42,477 bases of DNA from Glycocaulis sp. Its GTDB lineage: Bacteria > Pseudomonadota > Alphaproteobacteria > Caulobacterales > Maricaulaceae. Below are positions 28,461 to 39,312 of the stretch, in pieces. A program made the translations under genes and the position numbers. Every line of letters begins with the position of its first letter. Positions within the stretch are counted from its first letter, which is position 1. Where the stretch lies: the NCBI RefSeq assembly GCF_052168375.1, contig NZ_JBQLZR010000309.1:1-42477 (forward strand). The letters are read 5' to 3'. Below the pieces are notes generated by a model. That model had not been told where the DNA came from. It made no database searches and was given only the letters and a program-made list of their open reading frames with translations.

Positions 28461-29119
28461 CCCTTCACCAGGTCCTGACCGGCCTGCGCCAGTTTCGAAA
28501 GATCGGGCAGTGGCGGGATAGACAGGCCCTTCAAGACGGCGGGCCGCTGTTCGAGGCGCGCTTTCCAGTCGAGCAGATGGGTCAGCCCGTCCAGCTGCAC
28601 CCCTGCCCAGAAATGCGCGAACACCCAGGGGAATGCGGCAATGTCGGCGATGGAATAGGTGTCACCGGCCAGATACGGCGCTTCGGCCAGCCGGCTGTTC
28701 ATCACCTCATAGAGCCGGCGTGTCTCGCCCTGATAGCGCTCGATGGCGAGCGGGATCTTCTCCGGCAGGTAACGGAAGAAGACGTTTGCCTGGCCCTGCA
28801 TCGGCCCCAGCCCGCCCACCTGCCAGAACAGCCACTGGATCGCGCGCGAGCGGCCGTCAGCGTCAGTGGGCAGAAGCTTGCCGGTCTTCTCTGCCAGATG
28901 GAGGAGGATCGCACCGGATTCGAAGATGACCCTCCCGCCATCGTCAGGATCGACGAGCGTCGGGATGCGGCCATTGGGATTGAGCCTGAGATAGTCAGCC
29001 TGCTTCTGGTCACCTTTCTGCAGCTGCAGGACACGCACCGCATAGGGAAGGCCAAGCTCCTCCAGCGCGATGGATATCTTCCAGCCATTTGGCGTGGGCG
29101 CGGTGTAAAGTTCCAGCAT
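28457..29119 (-). CDS. Glutathione S-transferase, Nu class (YfcG/YghU-like)
   Basis: [40 protein letters not shown]. Confidence 0.93.
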   Translation of the reverse strand: MLELYTAPTPNGWKISIALEELGLPYAVRVLQLQKGDQKQADYLRLNPNGRIPTLVDPDDGGRVIFESGAILLHLAEKTGKLLPTDADGRSRAIQWLFWQVGGLGPMQGQANVFFRYLPEKIPLAIERYQGETRRLYEVMNSRLAEAPYLAGDTYSIADIAAFPWVFAHFWAGVQLDGLTHLLDWKARLEQRPAVLKGLSIPPLPDLSKLAQAGQDLVKG

Positions 29120-29122
29120 GGC

Positions 29123-30160
29123 TCACTCCTCGTACACGGCCAGAATGCCGTGATCGCCCAGCCATTCGCGCACCTTCGCACGATCCGCAGCAGGCAGCGC
29201 CGCGATAGCCGCCTGTGTGGCAAGGCGCGTATCCTCGACCGGCTTGCGTGTGATCATGCGCACTTCCTGGCCATTGGCTATGGTGAACCAGGACGATTTT
29301 TCTCCCGCCTCCAGTGCTGACCGGTTGGCCGCCATGTACTGGCAGAAGCCGCCGCGCATCAGTGTGAGGAGTCCGCCCAACCCTTCCGGCAAGGCGTCAT
29401 CGGCCAGCCAGCCCTCGCCCTCGTCACGGCGCTCCCAGGCACGATCCGTCCAGTCCAGTATCGCCGGTGCCTCGCCTTGCACAAAATTGCGCGCATAGTC
29501 ATCGGCAGCAAAGTGCGCCTTCATGGCACCCAGAAGGCCGAGGTCCGCCATCGAGAGCCGGCGCCCGAAAAGCCCGCCATCCTTGCCAACCAGTGCCGCG
29601 CACTGGCGCAGAAACTCGCCGAACTCGGTGCGCAGGCCTTCCTGGTATTCCGGGCCCGCTCCCATCACCGTCATGGCGCGGCGTCCCCATGGCATCACAA
29701 AGGCGGCGGTTGCCGATACCGATTCCTCTTCAGCCGGTGTCAGCGGGCGGTCATGCGTGCCCCCGCCCATATCCATCGCGATCTTTCGCGCGCAGATGGC
29801 GGCGTCCGCATCATCAATCCAGCGCAGGTGCAGGGCCGCGCGTGTGAACCACTCATCGATCCAGTCATCCATCAGACGGCAGGCAATGTACTGGAACGGG
29901 GTTTTGGGAATGACCGTGTGCGCGGGAAAGCGCGCATCCAGAAGCTCGATTATGTAGGTGGAGTCGTGAATGACCCATCCTTCCGGCGTCTCCACAACCG
30001 GGATGAGATGGGTGCCGGAGCGCGCCTCGAGCCGGGCGCTTACGTCAGGCGATTTGGGACGGGCGGCATGGTTGATGCGCATATAGCGAAAGGCCGCCTC
30101 CACCTTGCGGGTGAAATAGGACGGATCCGCCCCGTAAACTGTGTACTGGCCCGGCATCAT
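29123..30160 (-). CDS. Long glutathione S-transferase-family protein
   Basis: SYFTRK, IPV, DST, DEW, GRRLSMADLG; GGAGG RBS before ATG 30160. Confidence 0.82.
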   Translation of the reverse strand: MMPGQYTVYGADPSYFTRKVEAAFRYMRINHAARPKSPDVSARLEARSGTHLIPVVETPEGWVIHDSTYIIELLDARFPAHTVIPKTPFQYIACRLMDDWIDEWFTRAALHLRWIDDADAAICARKIAMDMGGGTHDRPLTPAEEESVSATAAFVMPWGRRAMTVMGAGPEYQEGLRTEFGEFLRQCAALVGKDGGLFGRRLSMADLGLLGAMKAHFAADDYARNFVQGEAPAILDWTDRAWERRDEGEGWLADDALPEGLGGLLTLMRGGFCQYMAANRSALEAGEKSSWFTIANGQEVRMITRKPVEDTRLATQAAIAALPAADRAKVREWLGDHGILAVYEE

Positions 30161-30176
30161 GATGGCTTTCCTCCCC

Positions 30177-30863
30177 TTATGTCGTTGACTGTCCGGCAGG
30201 CCGCAGCGCGCCATGTTTGAGAACGGTGACAAGCACGTCGGCATAACGCTCGGCAATGGCGGGATTTGAAAGATCGAGCCCGGCAAGCGCGCGCGCATTC
30301 GCGCTCTGCGCAAACGGTCCGATCGCGGCATTCGTAGAGAGCATGAAGAGGAAGTGGGCATCGGGCACATGGGCCCGGCCGGCCTCCTTCATCTGGTAGA
30401 ACGGCTCCAGTGTGAATGCATAGGCCGGGCGCAGATGGCGTTCCACCAAGGTCTCGTAGCGTTCACCGCCCGCCAGTCCGGCCTGCATCACAAAACCGGC
30501 CAGCCAGGGAATGCGTGAGGCTGTGCGTACCGTGGCGCGCACCTGCGCCTCCATGCGCGCTTCGGGATCGTTCAGGTCCACCTGACCCAGCGCCTCGGCC
30601 ATGGCCGCATTCATCTGTCCGAACAGGTCGGCCGCAGCGGCATCCCACAGATCATCCTTGCTGCCGAAGAAATGCCGGATCACCGCGTGGGAGAGGCCCG
30701 CATCACCTGCAATGTCGCGCAAGGATGCGCCTTCAAACCCGCGCCGGGCAAACTGCGCCGCCGCCGCATCCAGAATGCGCCGCCTCTGCTCCTCAGGGGC
30801 GATCTTTACCGGCCGGCCAGGCCGGCGCGGCTTTCGGTCCAGAGAAGCGGACAAGCGGGCCAT
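30177..30863 (-). CDS. TetR/AcrR family regulator
   Basis: ILDAA..FARRGFEGASLRDIAGDAG..RHFFGSKDDLW. Confidence 0.93.
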   Translation of the reverse strand: MARLSASLDRKPRRPGRPVKIAPEEQRRRILDAAAAQFARRGFEGASLRDIAGDAGLSHAVIRHFFGSKDDLWDAAAADLFGQMNAAMAEALGQVDLNDPEARMEAQVRATVRTASRIPWLAGFVMQAGLAGGERYETLVERHLRPAYAFTLEPFYQMKEAGRAHVPDAHFLFMLSTNAAIGPFAQSANARALAGLDLSNPAIAERYADVLVTVLKHGALRPAGQSTT

Positions 30864-30899
30864 GACGATTTTCGCTTTTGCGTTGGACAGGTCGGGATA

Positions 30900-30922
30900 T
30901 TAATTTTACAGTTGTATATTAA
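30900..30922. promoter_or_regulatory. Possible TetR operator in the divergent promoter region
   Basis: AT-rich imperfect inverted repeat TTAATTTTACA-GT-TGTATATTAA. Confidence 0.45.
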
Positions 30923-30971
30923 CGAGCCTGCCCGGAGTGGCAAGCCGCAAACAAGGGGAGGGCAGACGGCC

Positions 30972-32630
30972 ATGTCTTCAGGGCTCGTCCGCGGATTGCT
31001 GATAGCGGCTGGTGCACTCGTCGTGCTGGGCGTCTCGGCCTTCTGGGCTTTTGACCGCTACTTCATCTATCTGCCGGGCCTGGTGCAGGACATCCGCAAC
31101 CCGATCGGCCCTTCGAGAGACGTGGACTGGCAGGCAGGGCCGGCCGAGGCTCCGGCAGGCGAACAGCCGCCCAACATCATTCTCATCGTGGCCGATGATC
31201 TGGGCTGGAACGACCTGACCCTGCATGGCGGTGTGGCGGGTGGCAGCGTGCCGACGCCCAATATCGACCGCCTTGCCCGCAGCGGCGTGCAGCTGACCAA
31301 TGCCTATGCCGCCAGCGGCACCTGTGCGCCCTCGCGCGCTGCCCTGATGACAGGACGCTATCCTACCCGCACAGGGTTCGAGTTCACCCCTACCCCGCCC
31401 GGCATGACGCAGGTCGTCCGCCATGTAGAGCGCGGACGCGCGGACCGCCGGCCCTTCCTGATGCGCGACGCGCAAGGCGATATGCCCGCCTTTGCCGATA
31501 TGGGCCTGCCAACAGAGGAGGTGACGCTGGCCGAGATGCTGTCGGATGCGGGCTACCACACCGTGCATGTCGGCAAGTGGCATCTGGGTAATACGAACGG
31601 CTCTGATCCGCTGAGCCAGGGCTTCGACGAGAGTCTGGAACTGGCGGGCCTGCTCTATGCGCCGGCTGGCTCCCCCGGCGTCGTGGAAGCACGCCAGGAT
31701 TTCGACCCGATCGATCAGGTCTACTGGGCCATCGGGCGCGCCGCCGTGACGCACAACAATTCGGCGCGCTTCGAGCCCGACGGCTACCTTACCGACTACT
31801 TCACCCGCGAGGCGGTGGAGGTCATTGGCGCGAACCGCAACCGGCCCTTCTTCCTCTACCTCGCCCATTGGGCGCCGCATTCGCCCTTGCAGGCTGACCG
31901 CGCAGACTATGACGCGCTTGCCCATATCGAGGACCATCCCTTGCGCGTATATGGCGCCATGATCCGCTCGCTGGATCGCGGTATCGGCGCCGTGCTCGAC
32001 GCGCTGGAAGACAATGGCATCGCGGACAACACGATCATCGTCTTCACCTCCGATAATGGGGGTGCGCACTATATCGGCCTGCCCGGTATCAATGCGCCCT
32101 ATCGCGGCTGGAAGGCGACCTTCTTCGGCGGCGGCATCCGCGTGCCAACCTTTGTCAGCTGGCCTGGCGTTATCGAACCGGGCACGCAAATGACCGGACT
32201 TTCCCAGCATATCGACATTGCCCCGACGCTGGCTGCCATCGGGGGCGCAAGCCTGCCTGCCGAGCCACCAATGGACGGTCGAGACCTGACCGCCTTTCTG
32301 ACCGGCGAGGCGAGCGGCGACCCCCATGAAACCCTTTTCTGGCGCAGCGGGCACTATCAGGCCGTCATCCATCAGGGCTGGAAACTGCAGGTTGCGCAGC
32401 GGCCCGACCGGGTGTGGCTGTTCGACCTAGCCAATGACCCTGAAGAACGCCGTGACCTCTCGGCAGAAGAGCTCGAGCGCGTTGCGGACCTGCTCGCGCT
32501 GCTGGAGGCGCACAACGCCACTCTGGCCGAACCCTTATGGCCATCCATCGCCGAAATGCCGGTCGGCATCGACCAGCCGCTGGGCGAGGAGGAGAGCGAG
32601 GAGGACGAATATGTCTACTGGCCTAACTAG
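30972..32630 (+). CDS. Cys-type sulfatase with N-terminal membrane anchor
   Basis: PNIILIVADDLG, CAPSRAALMTG, GKWHLG, SDNG, GWK; GGAGG RBS before ATG 30972. Confidence 0.93.
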   Translation: MSSGLVRGLLIAAGALVVLGVSAFWAFDRYFIYLPGLVQDIRNPIGPSRDVDWQAGPAEAPAGEQPPNIILIVADDLGWNDLTLHGGVAGGSVPTPNIDRLARSGVQLTNAYAASGTCAPSRAALMTGRYPTRTGFEFTPTPPGMTQVVRHVERGRADRRPFLMRDAQGDMPAFADMGLPTEEVTLAEMLSDAGYHTVHVGKWHLGNTNGSDPLSQGFDESLELAGLLYAPAGSPGVVEARQDFDPIDQVYWAIGRAAVTHNNSARFEPDGYLTDYFTREAVEVIGANRNRPFFLYLAHWAPHSPLQADRADYDALAHIEDHPLRVYGAMIRSLDRGIGAVLDALEDNGIADNTIIVFTSDNGGAHYIGLPGINAPYRGWKATFFGGGIRVPTFVSWPGVIEPGTQMTGLSQHIDIAPTLAAIGGASLPAEPPMDGRDLTAFLTGEASGDPHETLFWRSGHYQAVIHQGWKLQVAQRPDRVWLFDLANDPEERRDLSAEELERVADLLALLEAHNATLAEPLWPSIAEMPVGIDQPLGEEESEEDEYVYWPN

Positions 32631-34368
32631 CCGCTGGCTGGCGACGCTGTTTCTGGGGCTGGCGCTGGCCGCCCCGGCAGCAGCAGACGACCGCCCCAAC
32701 ATCCTCCTGATCATTCTTGATGATATCGGCATGACGGATCTAGGCGCCTATGGCAGCGAGATCGCCACACCGAACATGGATGCGCTCGCCGAACGGGGGG
32801 CGCAGTTCACCAATTTCCATGTAGCCCCGACCTGCGCGCCGACCCGTGCCATGCTGATGACCGGCACGGACAGCCACCGCACCGGTATCCCGACGCTGGA
32901 ACACATGGTCATCCCCGAATATCAGGGCCAGTTCGGCCATGAGGGCGAGCTCAACACCGCGGTTGCGACGATTGCCGAGCATCTGGCTGCGGCAGGCTAT
33001 CAATCCTTCATCGCGGGGAAATGGCATCTGGGCCGCTCTGAGACAGCTCTTCCTGCCGCACGCGGATTTGACCGCAGCTTCATCCTGGATTCCTCCGGTG
33101 CGGACAATTGGGAGTACCAGCCCTACCTGCCGCACTATACGCGGGCCGAATGGTGGGAGGATTCCACCCCCGTGGAGTCCCTGCCCGAGGACTTCTACTC
33201 CTCGCAATTCCTCACCGACCGGCTTCTGAATTACATCGATGAGGGAGATACCGGGAGGCCTTTCCTCGCCGTCCTGTCCTTGCAGGCAAACCATATCCCG
33301 TTGCAGGCACCGCGCGAATTCGTCGAGCGCTATGACGGTGTCTACGACGCTGGCTGGGACGCCTTGCGTGAAGCCCGCCTGCAGGCCGCGATAGAGCGGG
33401 GTCTTGTGGAACCGGGGACCGAGCTCGCGCCTCCTCCGCCGGGCCTGCGCGACTGGGACAGTCTTTCAGACAATGAGCGCGCCTTCGTCATTGCATCGCG
33501 CGAAGTGGCCGCCGGCATGCTGGAAGCTGCCGACCACCATGTCGGCCGGCTTCTGGACAGCCTCGACGCGCAAGGCAGGCTGGAGAACACCATCGTCATC
33601 GTGCTCTCCGACAACGGGCCTGAATACAACCGTCCGACAGACAACTGGGCGTTTGACTTGTGGCTGGCCATGCAGGGCTATTCGCGCGATGTCGAGACGC
33701 TCGGCGAGGAAGGCACCTATGCCTTTATAGGCCCGGAATGGGCGCTGGCCTCTGCCTCGCCCTTCTCGCTCTTCAAGTTCCACGCAGGTGAAGGCGGGGT
33801 ACGCGTGCCCCTGCTGATTTCGGGACCGGGCGTGGAAGCACGCGGCCTTGTCTCCGGCTTCAGCTTCGTCACCGACATTGCGCCCACCTTGCTGGAACTC
33901 GCGGGCGCTCAGCCGCTGGAAGGGCGTGAGCCGATAACGGGCCGTTCGCTCCTGCCAGTCCTGAGTGGCAACGTTCAAGGCGTCTATGGCGATGACGAGG
34001 CAATCGGCCTCGAAATGTCGGGCATGTCGGCGCTCTGGCGCGGTGACTGGAAGATTGCGCGCAGCATGGCGCCCCATGGCGATGGGCGCTGGCGCCTGTT
34101 CAACCTCGCAGACGATCCCGGCGAGGCTCGCGACCTGTCAGAGGCCGAGCCGGAAATTTTCGCCTCCATGCTGGAAGCCTATGCCGCCTACGAGGCGCGC
34201 GTAGGTGTGATCCCGGTGCCGGACGATTTCAATGCGGCAGAACGCATTGCTGCGCTCGGCTGGCAGGCCTTCCTGCGCCAGAACAGGCCTGTTTTCATAG
34301 GCGCGGGCCTTCTCCTTCTGGCCTTGCTGGCTGGCGGCGTCCTGCTGCTCGCCAATCGGAGACGCTGA
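32611..34368 (+). CDS. Arylsulfatase (AtsA-like) with signal peptide and C-terminal TM anchor
   Basis: RPNILLIILDDIG, CAPTRAMLMTG, GKWHLG, HIPLQAP, SDNG; ATG 32611. Confidence 0.93.
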   Translation: MSTGLTSRWLATLFLGLALAAPAAADDRPNILLIILDDIGMTDLGAYGSEIATPNMDALAERGAQFTNFHVAPTCAPTRAMLMTGTDSHRTGIPTLEHMVIPEYQGQFGHEGELNTAVATIAEHLAAAGYQSFIAGKWHLGRSETALPAARGFDRSFILDSSGADNWEYQPYLPHYTRAEWWEDSTPVESLPEDFYSSQFLTDRLLNYIDEGDTGRPFLAVLSLQANHIPLQAPREFVERYDGVYDAGWDALREARLQAAIERGLVEPGTELAPPPPGLRDWDSLSDNERAFVIASREVAAGMLEAADHHVGRLLDSLDAQGRLENTIVIVLSDNGPEYNRPTDNWAFDLWLAMQGYSRDVETLGEEGTYAFIGPEWALASASPFSLFKFHAGEGGVRVPLLISGPGVEARGLVSGFSFVTDIAPTLLELAGAQPLEGREPITGRSLLPVLSGNVQGVYGDDEAIGLEMSGMSALWRGDWKIARSMAPHGDGRWRLFNLADDPGEARDLSEAEPEIFASMLEAYAAYEARVGVIPVPDDFNAAERIAALGWQAFLRQNRPVFIGAGLLLLALLAGGVLLLANRRR

Positions 34369-35310
34369 TCACGTCCCTTCCTGTGGTGGCGGCCCATGCC
34401 AGACGGTGCGAAAGCCCAGATGCTCGGTTGAAAAACGTTCATCGCCCGGCTGGCGCGCTGCCGGGCGATAGCGGTGGCAATAGCTGTCCGAGCACAGGAA
34501 AGACCCGCCCTTGATCACGCGAAAGCCGGGTTGCTCCCATCGGTCAGTCGTCCATTCCCAGACATTGCCCGCCATGTCGTAAAGACCGTAGCCATTGGGG
34601 GCATAGCAACCGACAGGCGCGCGGCCTGCATGGCCATCCGCGCCGGAATCCTCCACCGGAAATATCCCCTGCCAGTGATTGGCCTGATATTCGCCGCCGG
34701 GGCGCACCTCATCACCCCAGACATAGGGTGCGCCGGAGAGGCCACCGCGTGCCGCCCACTCCCATTGCGCCTCGCCGGGGAGGTCGTGACCACGCCAGCG
34801 CGCATAGGCCAGCGCATCTTCATACGCGATCTGCACGACTGGCAGTGTGCTTTGCGAGATGCCGCCAGTTTCGCGCCCTTGCGGACGGCGCCAGCTCGCG
34901 CGCGGCTCGAAGCGCCACCAAGTGCGGATATCCGACCAGTCGCGCACCTGCACGCCCGGCCCAAACACGCCGCCACCGCCTGCATTCTCGCCCTCGCGTT
35001 CGGCGAGCGTCACATAGCCCGTGGCAGCGACGAAGGCGGCGAACTCGCCTTCGGTCACCTCATGTGTGCTCATCCAGAAGCCTTCGACCTGCGCGGTACG
35101 CAAGGGACGCTCCTCGGCAAAGAACTGCTCAGAGCCCAGCTCGACAATCCCCGCCGGGATCCACACCATGCCGGCCTCCGGGCGGGACGGATCGGCGACA
35201 GGCGGGACAAGACAGACGCCCGCAACGGGCGCCGGACTGCAACTCACCATCAGCAGGGCTGCAACACTGAAGGCTGCCGGTGACAGCGATCTGATAACGG
35301 GACCGGTCAT
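34369..35310 (-). CDS. Formylglycine-generating enzyme (sulfatase maturation), probable lipoprotein
   Basis: PVVQIAYEDA, NGYGLYDMAGNVWEW, RVIKGGSFLCSDSYCHRYR, LGFR; lipobox LMVSC; real start ATG 35310. Confidence 0.9.
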   Translation of the reverse strand: MTGPVIRSLSPAAFSVAALLMVSCSPAPVAGVCLVPPVADPSRPEAGMVWIPAGIVELGSEQFFAEERPLRTAQVEGFWMSTHEVTEGEFAAFVAATGYVTLAEREGENAGGGGVFGPGVQVRDWSDIRTWWRFEPRASWRRPQGRETGGISQSTLPVVQIAYEDALAYARWRGHDLPGEAQWEWAARGGLSGAPYVWGDEVRPGGEYQANHWQGIFPVEDSGADGHAGRAPVGCYAPNGYGLYDMAGNVWEWTTDRWEQPGFRVIKGGSFLCSDSYCHRYRPAARQPGDERFSTEHLGFRTVWHGPPPQEGT

Positions 35311-35370
35311 TGGCTGTTCCTCGTCTCCACCCTCAAGCCATAGACATTCTTTCGCATTCGCGCACGCACC

Positions 35371-35407
35371 ATTCAGCATACCTATAGCGCCAATCAGTAT
35401 AATCGAT
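35371..35407 (+). promoter_or_regulatory. Putative OxyR binding site upstream of katG
   Basis: ATTC-N7-CTAT-N7-ATCA-N7-CGAT matches the spacing of ATAG-N7-CTAT-N7-ATAG-N7-CTAT. Confidence 0.7.
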
Positions 35408-35439
35408 TTAATTTTTCCCCGATGCCTTGATACATCTAG

Positions 35440-37695
<2,256 letters not shown>

Positions 37696-37720
37696 GCAAG
37701 GTTCAACCCTGACTGACGTG

Positions 37721-37756
37721 AAGCGCCCGGATGCACCCTGCATCCGGGCGTTTTCA
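37721..37756 (+). terminator. Rho-independent terminator after katG
   Basis: CGCCCGGATGCA-CCC-TGCATCCGGGCG followed by TTTT. Confidence 0.85.
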
Positions 37757-37848
37757 TGTGCCGATTGAGGCTTGATCCGATAGCGCGCGCCGTTAGCGTC
37801 ATGCGCCGGACCCCAAAACCTCCCCTTCCCTTCCTGGAGCTAAGATTC

Positions 37849-39291
37849 ATGGCATTCCCGAAGACAGGCCGCACGGCCGAGTCCCTGCTGGCTGAACTCG
37901 AAGCGCGCAAAGGTAATGACGTGCGCTGGAAAGAGGGGCGCGTCTTTGCCTATGTCTATGACGCCGGCCCCGAAGCCATGGAAACCGTGAAGCAGGCCTA
38001 TGGCTCCTTTCTGACCGAGAACGGCCTCGACCCAACCTCCTTCCCGTCCTGTCTGGAGCTGGAACGCGACGTCATCGCCATGGCACTCGACCTGCAAAAT
38101 GCACCGCCCGGCGCCAAAGGCAGCTTCACCACCGGCGGTACAGAAAGCATCCTGCTCTCCGTGAAGACGGCGCGAGACCATGCCCGCGCAACCAAGCCCC
38201 ACATCACCGCGCCAGAGCTCGTCCTGCCGGAAACCGCGCACCCGGCTTTTTACAAGGCCTGCAAGTATTTCGACGTGAAGCCGGTCGTCACGCCGGTCGA
38301 TCCCGAAACCTTCACTGCCATGCCCGATGCCATGGAGAAGGCCATCACCGACCAGACCGTGATGCTGGTCGCCTCCGCGCCGTCCTATGCACACGGCGTC
38401 GTGGATCCCATCGCCGATATTGGCCAGATCGCCCTGAAGGCGGGTTTGCTCTTTCACGTCGATTGCTGCGTCGGCGGGATGTACCTGCCCTTCGCGCGCA
38501 AGCTCGGCGCCGACATTCCCGATTTCGACCTCTCCACGCCCGGCGTGACCCAGATGTCGCTCGACTTCCACAAATGGGGCTATGCAGCCAAGGGCGCATC
38601 CTGCGTGCTCTACACCGATGGCGAGCTCAGAAAGCACCAGATTTTCGCCTGGTCGGGCTGGACCGGCTACACGATCGTGAACCCCACCATGCAGTCTGGC
38701 CGTTCAGGCGGTCCCATCGCCGGTGCGTGGGCAGCGCTGAATTTCATCGGCGAGGAAGGTTATCTGCGCTTTGCCAAAGTCACCCAGGAAGGCGCGCGCA
38801 AGATCTGCGACGCGGTGCGCGAGATCGAGGGCCTGAAACTTCTCGGCAATCCGCCGGGCAATGTGCTCGCCTTTGCCGCCGAGGATTTCGACATCTTCGC
38901 CCTGTCTGACGCGATGAAGGCCAAGGGCTGGTATCTCCAGCCCCAGTTCGGCTTCGGCCCGTCTCCGGCAAATCTGCACATCTCGGTCGGTTTCGTGAAT
39001 GCGCCGAATGTCGATGCCATGCTGGAGGATTTGCGCGCCGAGACAGCCCGTCTGCGTGCCGATCCTGCCTACCGCACTGCGCCCCACAAACCCGAAGACA
39101 TCAGCGCGATTGCCGGCATGGACCCGGCAGAGCTGCTTGATTCCATGAGCGGTGTCTTCGCCGCGCGCGCCGGGGGACCGGGCGCGGAAATGCGCCCCAT
39201 CAATACGCTGATGGATGCCCTGCCGCACACCGCGCGCGACCGTATCCTGACCGAGTATATCAACCGGCTCTACGCCAAGCCGCGCGCCTGA
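37849..39291 (+). CDS. PLP-dependent enzyme, sphingosine-1-phosphate lyase-like
   Basis: WKEGR..YVY, GGTESILL, AHPAF.KA, SAPSYAHG.DPI, HVDCC.GG, DFHKWGY..KG; ATG 37849. Confidence 0.85.
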   Translation: MAFPKTGRTAESLLAELEARKGNDVRWKEGRVFAYVYDAGPEAMETVKQAYGSFLTENGLDPTSFPSCLELERDVIAMALDLQNAPPGAKGSFTTGGTESILLSVKTARDHARATKPHITAPELVLPETAHPAFYKACKYFDVKPVVTPVDPETFTAMPDAMEKAITDQTVMLVASAPSYAHGVVDPIADIGQIALKAGLLFHVDCCVGGMYLPFARKLGADIPDFDLSTPGVTQMSLDFHKWGYAAKGASCVLYTDGELRKHQIFAWSGWTGYTIVNPTMQSGRSGGPIAGAWAALNFIGEEGYLRFAKVTQEGARKICDAVREIEGLKLLGNPPGNVLAFAAEDFDIFALSDAMKAKGWYLQPQFGFGPSPANLHISVGFVNAPNVDAMLEDLRAETARLRADPAYRTAPHKPEDISAIAGMDPAELLDSMSGVFAARAGGPGAEMRPINTLMDALPHTARDRILTEYINRLYAKPRA

Positions 39292-39312
39292 TTCAGACCT
39301 GAAAGGCAAATC

